Positions 27,070 through 43,278 of a stretch of DNA of 64,000 nucleotides are shown piece after piece. The number at the start of each line of letters is the position of its first letter. Within the stretch, counting starts at the first letter, position 1. Location of the stretch: contig OZ024751.1 in assembly GCA_964016885.1 (NCBI GenBank), positions 15,562,001-15,626,000 on the forward strand, in the 5' to 3' direction. Below the pieces are notes generated by a model. It was not told where the DNA came from. It saw only the letters and a program-made list of their open reading frames with translations, and did not search any database. This DNA is from Eledone cirrhosa. Its lineage: Eukaryota. A program made the translations under genes and the position numbers.

Positions 27070-27630
27070 TGAATAAAATTAGAACGAGAAGACATGGCGT
27101 CCGTCATCAGTGATCTTCCAGCGTCATTAGTATTTCTTCGCATTAAAGATCATATACCTCTGGCTGGTGCGAAAAAAGTTAATGGGACACGTAGAATAGG
27201 GTGAAGCGAGCGAGACATATAAACAAACAAAGATGGTAATGCAACGGAGAGAGAGGAAGAGGGGAAACAAGTCCGTGATATCTGTGAACTTAAGTTCGAT
27301 CAAATCATGGACGGGGAGAGACACAGACGCATCCGAGCCATGTGAGTTGCAAGCGAGAAAAGGATTTCACATAGGTCTGACGGGAGGAAGTGAGAGAGGG
27401 GGAGTAGCAGAGAGTGAGTGCTGTTTGTTTACATGTCTCGCTCGCTTCACCCTATTCTACGTGTCCCAATAACTTTTTTCTAGTTATTGCTCGCACCAGC
27501 CAGAGGTATATGATCTTTAATGCGAAGAAATACCAATGACGGCTGGAAGATCACTGATGACGGACGCCCTGTCTTCTCGCTCTAATTTCATTCATATGTA
27601 TCCCATTTGCAACAACGCTGCACGCCATTT
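27070..27630. mobile_element. Inverted-repeat element carrying the permuted-HHR-like motif on both arms
   Basis: Arms 27070-27230 / 27421-27595; homologous to 51895-52745. Confidence 0.8.
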
Positions 27631-27640
27631 TTCATTTATA

Positions 27641-27790
<150 letters not shown>

Positions 27791-27875
27791 ATATATAAAA
27801 AGTAGCGAAGCAAGCGGTTATTAAACAATTCTCTAAATAAATTAAAAAACGATTCAAATAATCACCTGTTCCATT

Positions 27876-27956
27876 GCTGTTACCGACGGTTTCATCATTC
27901 CAAAAGATTGGAAATCCAGAGAATTTCCAATGGAAAGAAATGAATCTTCAGACAGC
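27876..27956 (-). ncRNA. Complete type I HHR
   Basis: GCTGT-CTGAAGA-T-TCATT...AATGA-T-GAAACC-gtc-GGTA-ACAGC. Confidence 0.85.
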
Positions 27957-28045
27957 CTATTTCCGCGCCATAAGGTTGCAAGCCCCATAGCAAGTAAATA
28001 TTTTGCTCCCTGCCCAACGCATTGTACCTGTAGAGGTATTCATCC

Positions 28046-28196
<151 letters not shown>

Positions 28197-28219
28197 GTAT
28201 ATATATATGTATATGTATG

Positions 28220-28327
<108 letters not shown>

Positions 28328-28351
28328 CAATATGTTGAAAGGGTAACACAC

Positions 28352-28415
<64 letters not shown>

Positions 28416-28547
28416 GTGTGCCATCAATAAAAGAGGGAAAACCACCAGTGTATTGAATCTATAACCTATGGAAGGCAGGGTAGACACACAATAATTAAAA
28501 ATATAAATTAAAATGCATATACGCACCTCTATAAATATATATATAAC

Positions 28548-28630
28548 ACACGCGTACAAATCCAAAGAGATCTGTTTCGCCAGGAGGTTGTTGACTGAAA
28601 TGGAATCGTCTATGGTTCATCAGCGCGTGT
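28548..28630 (-). ncRNA. Complete type I HHR with stable helix III
   Basis: ACACGCG-CTGATGA-A-CCA...TGG-C-GAAACAGATC-tctttg-GATTTGTA-CGCGTGT. Confidence 0.85.
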
Positions 28631-28794
28631 AAGACAATAGATTCCAGACAACTCTAAGAAAATCTAAAACAATCGTTCAGCAACACGCGGCAGAGAGATG
28701 TGACAGCGTACGTAGGACAGTGAACCAGTGGTATCTGAGGGACGAGCTGCTAGAAAGGGCAGCCCCAAATCCACTCAAAGAAATGTGCTCAACC

Positions 28795-28845
<51 letters not shown>

Positions 28846-29058
28846 CTGTTATAAGGAGCGAAGTATCACGATAAATTAACGGAGCCATAGACTCTCGCTA
28901 TTCCCTGTCAATGATCTGCTCAAAGGAAAAGGTATCCTGAGCTCTTTAACATACAATATGTTGAAAGGGTAACACACTAGAGAGATAATTTATATTTTTA
29001 ATTATTGTGTGTCTACCCTGCTTCTATGTCTTTAACATTGTATCCATCTAAATTCCCC

Positions 29059-29156
<98 letters not shown>

Positions 29157-29365
29157 AAAAAAAAGGTGTGGTAAGATACCAGGTGGACCATAACGCACCA
29201 GAGTACTCGATACTTAGGGCAGTAGAGTGGGTAATATGAAGAGCCAGTACCTCGACGACCGAGTTCCGGCCGTTTCGACAGCTAGATCCGAGCGCAGAGT
29301 TCAGATCTAGTTGTCGAAACGGCCAGAGCTCAGCCGTCGGGGTCCTGACTCTTTTCACACACACA

Positions 29366-29499
<134 letters not shown>

Positions 29500-29839
29500 A
29501 ATATATACAATATTAAATAAATGGAAACTATATTTATAAAACCATATTTATTTCATTATATATATTTCAGGGATATCATATATATATAAATATATATATA
29601 TATAGTCAGTTTGGAAGCCAGAGTTTGTATATCTTAAAAGATTTATTAAAGGTACACAAACTCTGGTATTCTACTTTTCCTTTTCAATCTTTTCTCCTTA
29701 CGCTTGTTTTCTTTTCCTTCTCCTATTGCCACTGGATTTCATTGCCAGAAAATTTACCCATCTACATTGTAGAGGCTTCCAAATTGACTATTTTTCATAT
29801 ACCACAATGTTTCAAGCAAACCTGAACACTCCATTACAT

Positions 29840-31462
29840 ATATATATATATAAAATTCACAAGAATCAAAGCTATGTTCAAAACATTTATTCACTTACAA
29901 TTGTTTCATCCAAACCAAGTCTTCGGAGCATTTTTTAATGCTTGTACATATAATTGACCTCCTATCCAACGCAAGAGACATACAGATACATACATATATA
30001 TATATATATTGATGTACAGTGGAGTGACATATACTATACTATACTATATTTGTATAGCAATTCAAATTTAAAATCAAAATTAAAGTTAAAATTAAAATAC
30101 ATGCGGCAGATAACACAGACAATGCAAGAGAATAGTCCGATAATCAGATCTAGTAGATAGTGTATGCGTTAGTCATACACGGAGCATGCAAGTGTGTCTC
30201 ATTTATATACGAGTATTGTGTGGCAAGGTATTACATGTAATACAAGCACTTTAAGCGGGTAAGCAAGAGTATTATGGTGGTTGTAGTGGGAGGGTATTTT
30301 TTGCATAGATAAAAAAAGTATGTGTGCAGAAAAAGAAAAAGAAAAAGAAAAAGAAAAAGAAAAAGAAAAAGAAAAAGAAAAAGAAAAAGAAAAAGAAAGT
30401 TATAGTTTTCACATCCATCACATATGTTACGATGAATTCGTAGTGAATGTTTGATGTAGTAAATGATTGTAACGTATTGAGGCTTAGTGTTATTTAATCC
30501 ATATTTATAGAATATGTTCTTTCTGCTGCGAGAATTTACAGCGGTTTATTATCCGGAAGTAGGTGTGTAATTAAGGGGTGTTAATGCGTAAGGGGAGGTA
30601 ACTAGCTGATTCTCATAACTAAATTCATTGTTCTAACATATATTATATGGTGCCTCAATTGAGTCCCTTATATAAAAGGTTATATATTTATATTTAATTT
30701 TAAATACAGTCTACTCTATCATAATGTATTAAAGGTATCTATAGGAAGTTGATTACTCCTTATTATATAGCGCTATAATTGAATTTCCCACACAAAGTGC
30801 TATATCTTTATATCAAATTCACTTTAAATACAGTCTACTCTCAAAACATATCAAAGGACCAATTAGAATTTTGTCTACATAACCTTTGGTAAGCTATGGA
30901 GCAGCGTACGGCTGTTTGCATGATAACATTAAATACATCTCTTGGGTAAACAAATACATCCCCCATTTACAATGTCATTAATCTATCCATTAAGTTATAA
31001 ATGCATATATAATTCGTATATAATTCATTGCATCACACTACATATAAGTTAGTCAGATCCCTTATGTTAATAAATTAATCCTATATATATCTAATGTTAT
31101 TACTCTATACATTTAATTACAAATGCATATATAATTAATTGTTGTATCTAGTATTTAAAGTTTATATAAACTGTATTATATTTCAATCCCTATATAATTA
31201 TAAGTAATTAAAAGTAATTATATTAAAAGTTGGTGCTTATGGGGATATTTCTAGGGTATAAAGTTATAGATAGATAGAATGATTTGTGTCGAGGAAAGGG
31301 TGGATCAGAAAGTGTGGTGTAGTGGTGGGAGAAGGCAAGCCCTTGAGGTGTGGTGTTAAAATCGGTGATGAGTTCAAGCCTGACATTGTTATATATTAGG
31401 TTTAAAGCTTTGGAAGGAGTGTCGGAAGCGGTGCTGGTACTACGCAAACACTTCCGATTTTT

Positions 31463-31470
<8 letters not shown>
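29840..31470 (-). mobile_element. Decayed PLE 3' portion with HHR at 29892-29930
   Basis: LELITDFNTTPQGL resembles a GIY-YIG C-terminus. The UTR is homologous to 11280-12050. HHR reads TGCT-CCGAAGA...GAAAC-AATT-GTA-AGTG. Confidence 0.55.
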
Positions 31471-31527
<57 letters not shown>

Positions 31528-31584
31528 TCATGACAAAAAGTACCCAGCCCACACTCTAAAGTGGTTGTGTAGGAGTCACGAGAA

Positions 31585-31727
31585 AAGCAGCCAGCACCAC
31601 TGTAAATGTGGTTGGCGTTATGAAGGCCATCCCGTCGTAGAAACTAAGCCAGAAACAGTTCTGAGTGAGCAACCCGTCCAACCCATGCTAGCGTGGAAAA
31701 ATGAACGGTAAACGATGATGATGATGA
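31585..31727 (+). mobile_element. SINE 3' tail ending in (GAT)n
   Basis: GTGGTTGGCGTTATGAAGGCCATCC...CCAACCCATGCTAGCGTGGAAAA...AAACGATGATGAT; an inverted copy lies at ~9800-9950. Confidence 0.6.
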
Positions 31728-31794
31728 TATAAATACACCTACAGACATATATATTTATACACGCATATTCATACATATACATACATCTATATAT

Positions 31795-31861
<67 letters not shown>

Positions 31862-32519
31862 CGCATGTATGTATATGTTAAAGTTATTCATGTTGTGTGT
31901 CCCTTTATCTTAGCAGTTGGGGGCACTAAAAGTTGCTAAAATTTGTGCTCCTCTCCAAATTGCGGCCCAAAGACTTGAAAGCAGTGGAATATCGAATATA
32001 AAAATATGTCTGTTATGTATAGCATGGAAGTTTAATACAAGAAGCCAGATTATGAAATCGAATCAAAAAGAAAGAGTCTCTCGATTACTTTCCTTGATGT
32101 CTGGATGACTCGAAACAAAAAGATTGAGAAACAACAACACCACCACCATCAACAACAACAACAGTACACAGCAACAACAAAGCATCCATAGTAGAAATTC
32201 GTCTGAAATTTTGATTAACTTGAGGCTTCGTGTTACAAGAAAATTAATTCTCAGAAAATCTCATAATATTACAGAATGGAAAATTCATAAAATAAAAACA
32301 AAATTTTAAGACAGGAAAAAAATGTATAAAAATATATAAAAAATATATATAAAGAATATATATAAGAATGTATAAAAATCAAATAAAAGAAATAAAGAAA
32401 GAGAAATTGAGAAAAAAATTGAGGAAATTTGAAAATGATTGGTTATTGAAGACAGCAAATTTCTTCCAGCATCTTTTAAGTACTAAGAAACAGCACGCTT
32501 TTATACATACACATGTACA

Positions 32520-32589
<70 letters not shown>

Positions 32590-32866
32590 CTGAAGACAGC
32601 ATATATATGTGAAGGTATGTATATTTCCTCTAATAGTTTGTAATATTTTTACATAGATCTATATGGTATACATACCAACACACATATATATCCTAGAAAC
32701 GATCGTAAAATGATGAATTTTTTTAATATAAGGAACTTGTTCTTTGTTTTTATTCATTGTTTTTATTAATTTATATATATATATATACACAAATTAAACT
32801 GGAAAGTAGAGTTTTGAAATATATATATATATATACACACAACTTTAACTGGAAAGTAGAGTTTTG

Positions 32867-32940
<74 letters not shown>

Positions 32941-33559
32941 TAATAAAAATTATATATATATATATATATATGTAATATATAAAAATATATGTGCATAATT
33001 CGTTTTTAAATTTGTTTTGCGAGATTTTCTTATCTGGAAACGTGTGTTGAAACAGATATTGTTATACTTTGGGAGGGTCAATCTGTCAATAAAAACACAC
33101 GCACCTGTTGGTTTTCACTTCAATTTATTATAAATTTCCGGTTGGTTGGTTCGATAACCGGAAGGTTGTTTATATATTGTCAAAGTTCTTTCGTCACACA
33201 TTCTGTGACCTCCTCAGTGACTAAGTTTTTATTTTGTGTCTCTACTTTGTTCGTTCCTACACCTTGTTTTTGTGTGTTGTGTGCTTGGTTTGCGCATGCG
33301 TTACATCCGGGTGTATGTGTGTGTTTTTATTTATTTATGTGTTTATTTACTTGTCACCAGCTGGTTGTTTGTTCTATCTGTGTGTGTTTGATTGTTTTGT
33401 TAGTTTGGTTGGGTCCTGGCAGTAATGGGGCTGCGCCCCGCGGACAAGACTGCAAAAGCATCCACATAAGCATGGCCAGCGACACCCACTGCAGTAGCCA
33501 CCCCACCTCGTGGGGCTCCTTCCTCAAGAGGGCCGCAAAACAAATTTAACCTTGAAGGG

Positions 33560-34122
33560 AATTGAATTCAGAACGTGAAGATCCATAACTTAAACATGCG
33601 TGGCATTTTGATCGAGGATTTAACAATTCTGCTGATCCAGTGTCAATACTAACGTTAAAAACAGATCTACCATAATTATTTCTACTTTATGCACAAGGCC
33701 AGCAATTTCAAGGGAAGGGGAAAGTCGATTAAATTGACCCCAGTGCATTACTGGTGTTTTATTTATGAACCCTGTAAGGATGAAAGGCAAAGCTAACCCC
33801 GGTGGGATTTGAACTCAAAACATAAAGGGTTGTAACTTTATGCTGCGAAATATGGTTTCCGACACTCTACCAATACTGCCAATCCACCGCGCTAAACAGA
33901 TCTATCATAATTTTTTTCTACTTTAGGCACAAGGCCAGCTATTTTTAGGAAGGGAAAGTCGATTAAATTGACCCCGTGTGTGATTGGTACTTTATTTTAT
34001 CGATCCCGTAAGGATGAAATGCAAAATCGGTGGGATTTGAACTCAGAACATAAAGGGCTGTAACTTTATGCTGCGAAGCATGGTGTCCGACGTTCTACCG
34101 ATACTGCCAATCCACCGACTTA
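33560..34122 (-). mobile_element. Tandem family-A SINEs (2-3 copies)
   Basis: Repeated CTGCCAATCCACCG heads and GGGATTTGAACTC B-boxes. Confidence 0.8.
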
Positions 34123-34602
34123 ACAGATCTATTATAATAAAATGTAATTTGCTTGAAACATTGTATATAATATATAATATATAATGTGGAAATTGATGTA
34201 AGACTAAACAATGCAAAATGGACGGTAAGATGAAGGTAACGAAAAAGTAAGTTATCTGGTAATGTTTTTTTTTGTTTTTTTTTGTTGCTGTTGTTTCTTT
34301 CGTCCTAATATTTCGTGACTTAAAATTCCCTTCTTCAGAGTATAAGGAACTTTCAAAGAAAAATGTACTGGTTTCTTCTCTTTGGAATTATATTTAGCTC
34401 TATCATATTTACACACAACTATATATGGAAAGTAGAAACATGAACTGCAATATTTGTCAACCAAAGTACATGACGGAACTTACTGATATACAAGGCATGC
34501 AATATAAATTGTATTTCGACGATATGGATATAATTAGAATTGAATTAATAGTTAATGATCCATTTGGGACCTTTTGTATTTTTAATGTCAAATTTATCGG
34601 AT

Positions 34603-37620
<3,018 letters not shown>

Positions 37621-38399
37621 AGATTTCCTATTGAAGATATGTCGTATGATGTTTAGCTTCGTAGTGTTCCCGTAGCTAATTCTCTTTTGGTGGTCTAAAT
37701 CTGTAGATGCGATATTTGCTTAAGATTGACTGATCAAAGCATCTGGAGGTCGCTCTTTCAAAGTATAGTTACTAATCAATATGGAAGATATATTGAGTTA
37801 CACTGTTGCTATCAGCCATTACCTTCACTCTCCTCAATATCTCCATTTTGTTCTGTGTGTGAAAGAAAAGCATATCTAAAGTAGTAGAATGGAATGAAAT
37901 AGATGGAAGGCACTCTGTCGGTTACGACGACGAGTGTTCCAGTTGATCTGATCAATGGAACAGCCTGCTTGTGAAATTAATGTGCAAGTGTCTGAGCATT
38001 CGACAAACACGTGTACCTGTTTATAATGTATATTATCATTTAGTATATTTAAGGTTTATAACGTTAAGTACAGCATATGTTATTGCAATATATTATAACA
38101 TACATATAACATATAAGATATAAAAACAGATTTGTTAGAGTGTCAGATAAAAGGCGTTGTGGCGTTTGTTCCAATTTTCTGATATTCCACCGAAGTCAAA
38201 CTTCCTTTTCATCGTTTCACGGCCAATAACTAAATTACCAGTTCAGGAATTGTTAGAGAGTTGATGCCACGTAGAAGCTATTCTGGCTCTTTGAATGAAT
38301 AGTAATTTTTTCAATAGACTTTCAATATATTCTTCTTCGCCCATATATTCCCGTGGGGGTTGTTGGGGGCAGAATCTTCAAACACTCCTTCCAATGGTT

Positions 38400-38910
38400 T
38401 CTCTCAGAAGCAACTCTCTCCAATTGATCTGGCTGGATCCCCAAGTGAGACCAGCCAACCACATGGATGTTATCCAACTATCTTGTTCGGGGTCTGACTT
38501 TAGGTCTCCAGCCGGCTTGTTTTGCCTGTAAAATCTATCGAACAATTCCTTTCTGAGACACTCTAACCACATGCCTATAGTATCGGAGCTGTGATCTCTC
38601 AATACGGAAAACTACCAGCTCTACCTGGAATGATTCTCTGATCCCCGAACTACGAACTCTATCGAGTAACGTTGCTCCAAAGGCTCTTCGGAGGAACTAC
38701 ATTTCGGCCTCTTGTATTCGCGATTGTATTTTTTCGTTCATTACGCAAGATTCATGACCATAGGTAAGGATTGAGATGAATATCGCATTGAAGATAGCGA
38801 GTTTGGATTTTACACCTACCTCCCTACTTCTGATTACTGAATGGTGCAGCTGGTGCATTATTGCATCAACTCCTGCAATTCTTTGCACTTAATTCAGCTG
38901 ACCAAAAATC
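38400..38910 (-). pseudogene. RTE-clade LINE RT C-terminal fragment
   Basis: KSKLAIFNAIFISILTYGHESCVM..RIQEAEM, then RSQLRYYRHVVRV...GWRPKVRPRTR; contains stops. Confidence 0.8.
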
Positions 38911-39703
38911 GACTTCCAATATCCACAAATAAATTCTTTTGTACCATATATGGAGTGAAAGAAAGAAAAGAGAAGGTGACAATGAATGATATTTGGAGTA
39001 GGGGTGGAGGAGGAGAAGGAGGAGGAGAAAACAATGAACGGAGAAGAACATTCTTAACATGCATTGTTACTTTACAATACTGTTGAATTTTTTTTTTTTC
39101 TTTATTGAATTTTACTTATAAAATATTTGTATTTTCCTGATAATTCTGGAGTGGGTTTAATTGATGCTATAAAACCCTTTTACAAATTGATTTAACATGA
39201 GGCCAACTTGCATTATATTCCTACGACATGTATATATATATACATATACATTAATTGTTTCTACTTTTGGCACAAGGCCAGCAATTATCCCAGTGTATTA
39301 CTGGTACTTTAATTTATGGACCCCGTAAGGATGAAAAGCAATTTGAACTCAGACCATAAAAGGCCGTAACTCTTTGCTGCAAAGCATGGCGTCATACAAG
39401 GACGATTTGTTAAAGACTTCATTACGTTTATTGATTGGTGACGCGTGTTTCGCTATTGATCAGCTCAAGCTTCAATCTGTATCGATCTGGAAAGAAAAGA
39501 GAAGGTGAGAATGAATGAGATTTGGAGTAGGTTTAGCTCTACACCTCGATACTGATGTGAACCTAAACGTCGAGTGCTTACCTGGGTGAACCTAAAGTAA
39601 CTTCACGTTACGTCACACTCCCTGGATACATACATACATACATACACACACACATATATATATACACACACATATATATATATATATACACACACACATA
39701 AAC

Positions 39704-39746
<43 letters not shown>

Positions 39747-39829
39747 CATACACACACACACACATATATATATATACATACATACACACACACATATATA
39801 TATACACACACATATATATACACACACAT

Positions 39830-39870
<41 letters not shown>

Positions 39871-39871
<1 letters not shown>

Positions 39872-40023
39872 TAAGGAGTTAGGAGTATATACATGTGTGT
39901 GTGTGTATGTATGTATATATGTGTGTGTGCATATATATATATATATATGCACACACACATATATATATACATACATACACACATATATGTGAATGTGTGT
40001 GTATGTATGTATATATATATGTG

Positions 40024-40067
<44 letters not shown>

Positions 40068-40146
40068 CACATATATATATACATACATACATACACATAT
40101 ATACATACATACACACACACACATGTATATACTTCTAACTCCTTAA
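39871..40146. repeat. Inverted repeat enclosing self-complementary microsatellites
   Basis: TTAAGGAGTTAGGAGTATATACATGTG / CACATGTATATACTTCTAACTCCTTAA. Confidence 0.7.
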
Positions 40147-40242
40147 TGAATCATACGGGGTTATTGTGTTGTTATGCAGTGTTTATTGAGTATTTTTTAC
40201 TTGGCGGAACCCTTCCTTATCCGGGATATGGAGATCTCTTCC

Positions 40243-40328
<86 letters not shown>

Positions 40329-41244
40329 AGAGAGAGATATCATGTATGTATATATATATAGAGAGAGTGTGAAATATATATATATCATGTATGTATATAT
40401 ATAGAGAGAGAGTGTGAAATATATATATATATCATGTATGTATATATATATAGAGAGAGTGAAATATATATATCATGTATGTATATATATATAGAGAGAG
40501 TGAAATATATATATATCATGTATGTATATATATATAGAGAGAGAGTGTGAAATATATATATCATGTATGTATATATATATAGAGAGAGAGTGGGAAATAT
40601 ATATCATGTATATATATATAGAGAGAGAGTGTGAAATATATATATATCATGTATGCATATATATAGAGAGAGTGTGAAATATATTATGTATGTATATATA
40701 TATAGAGAGAGAGTGTGAAATATATATATCATGTATGTATATATATATATAGAGAGAGTGTGAAATATATATATCATGTATGTATATATATATAGAGAGT
40801 GTGAAATATATATATCATGTATGTATATATATATAGAGAGAGTGTGAAATATATATATCATGTATGTATATATATATAGAGAGAGTGAAATCTATATATC
40901 ATGTATGTATATATATATAGAGAGAGTGAAATATATATATCATGTATGTATATATAGAGAGAGAGAGAGTGTGAAATATATATCATGTATATATATATAT
41001 AGAGAGAGAGTGTGAAATATATATCATGTATATATATATATAGAGAGAGAGTGTGAAATATATATATCATGTATGTATATATATATAGAGAGAGTGTGAA
41101 ATATATATATATCATGTATATGTAAAGTTATATTTAAAATTGTTGGGTTACAACTAGTAAATATTTATAACTGATATAAAAGCACTCGACAAATACTTGG
41201 AGTATATTTACAATATATTTATCTATAAAACTGTTTATATTGTA

Positions 41245-41306
41245 TTTTGTCTGATGAAGGCATAGCATATTGTTAATATGATATCCCCGAAATATATATA
41301 ATGAAA
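41245..41306 (+). ncRNA. HHR in an insert within the satellite; family also at 57922-57985, 58344-58390 and 3510-3560
   Basis: TTTTGT-CTGATGA-AGG..CATATT-gtt-AATATG..CC-GAAA-TATATA-TA-ATGAAA. Confidence 0.7.
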
Positions 41307-42173
41307 TAAATATGGTTTTATAAATATAGTTTTCCATTTATTTAATATTGTATATATCATGTATATATATATATAGAGAGAGTGTGAAATATATATATCA
41401 TGTATGTATATATATATATAGAGAGAGTGTGAAATATATATATCATGTATGTATATATATATATAGAGAGAGAGTGTGAAATATATATATCATGTATGTA
41501 TATATATAGAGAGAGTGAAATATATATATCATGTATATATATATATAGAGAGAGTGTGAAATATATATATCATGTATGTATATATATAGAGAGAGAGTGT
41601 GAAATATATATATCATGTATGTATATATATATATAGAGAGAGTGTGAAATATATATATCATGTATGTATATATATATAGAGAGTGTGAAATATATATATC
41701 ATGTATGTATATATATATATAGAGAGAGTGTGAAATATATATATCATGTATGTATATATATATAGAGAGAGTGAAATCTATATATCATGTATGTATATAT
41801 ATAGAGAGAGAGTGAAATATATATATCATGTATGTATATATATATATAGAGAGAGTGTGAAATATATATCATGTATATATATATATATAGAGAGAGAGTG
41901 TGAAATATATATCATGTATATATATATATAGAGAGAGAGTGTGAAATATATATATCATGTATGTATATATATAGAGAGAGAGTGTGAAATATATATCATG
42001 TATATATATATATATAGAGAGTGTGTGAAATATATATATCATGTATGTATATATATAGAGAGAGAGTGTGAAATATATATATCATGTATGTATATATATA
42101 GAGAGAGAGTGTGAAATATATATATCATGTATACATATATATAGAGAGAGTAATATATATATATATCATGTAC

Positions 42174-43278
42174 TCAATACATAAACAGAGAAAGCCTTAA
42201 GCGATACTCCGACCAACTCCATCTCACTCAACAAACATTAGGATATACCTAAGTATTCTCCCAATTTAGTGTTTGGGGTGCTAACTAATCAGTATTCCGT
42301 GGATAGCTGGTTGTATTATTTTATATGAGACATTATTAAATAAATATCTCTTTCCTTCCATACGATCGTTTCATTATAAGATTTCTACAATTTGGGATAA
42401 ATAATTTCCAGGTTATGTAGAAACTTGTATATATCCATAGTTTTATACACAAGCGGGCTCTTATAACCTCATCAGTGGATGCCCAAATAATATCGATATA
42501 AGAATTATATCGACATTAATAGAATGGTGATGGTCTCCCTCAGTGCTAAGAAGAGACTGGTAGATTAGAAAATCCAGCAGTCCTCCCAAAGATAAAATAC
42601 ACGCTGTCCCCAAAAGTGTTTAAGGGAGGTCATCTTAAAATAAAACAATATACACGTACACGTTGGTCATTTAAACCTGTTAGGTATTAACCACGTGTAT
42701 AAGAACTCAATTGGAAAGAATAACCATATGTATAAACAACCAATGCACACACAGAGATATTAAAACATAATAAATACATGTATGGATCACCCATATACAC
42801 ACATAGCCATTCTCTAAGGCTAAATCAGACATGGGCTACAAGGAAAATCAATCAGTATTTCATATAAAAAATAATAATAATAAAGAGAGTCATACCTTAT
42901 ATCTGGAAATCATATCAGGCCGCCAAGAGTATATATTCAATATATAAACAGAGAAAGCCTTAAGCGATACTCCGACCATCTCACTCAACAAACATTAGGA
43001 TATACCTAAGTATTCTCCCAATTTAGTGTTTGGGGTGCTAACTAATCAGTATTCCGTGGATAGCTGGTTGTATTATTTTATATGAGACATTATTAAATAA
43101 ATATCTCTTTCCTTCCAGACGATCGTTTTGTTATAAGATTTCTACAATTTGGGATAAATAATTTCCAGGTTATGTAGGAACTTGTATATAATCCATAGTT
43201 TTATACACAAGCGGGCTCTTATAACCTCATCAGTGGATGCCCAAATAATGTTGATATAAGAATTATATCGACATTAAT
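42174..43278 (-). mobile_element. LTR-retrozyme-like element: two ~345-bp direct repeats, each with an HHR
   Basis: Repeats 42174-42520 and 42937-43278. HHR 42357-42479 reads TCCA-CTGATGA-G-GTTATAAG...CTTATAAT-GAAAC-GATC-GTA-TGGA. The second HHR (43114-43237) has GAAA>AAAA. Confidence 0.8.

Noticed and set aside
27520-27565. SECIS element or box C/D snoRNA
   Set aside because: AUGA/GA spacing and apical AA do not fit SECIS, and the box order does not fit a snoRNA; the HHR-core interpretation explains more of the conserved bases.
31917-32108. Host exon after the TTAGCAG acceptor
   Set aside because: No recognisable protein, and no supporting neighbouring exons.
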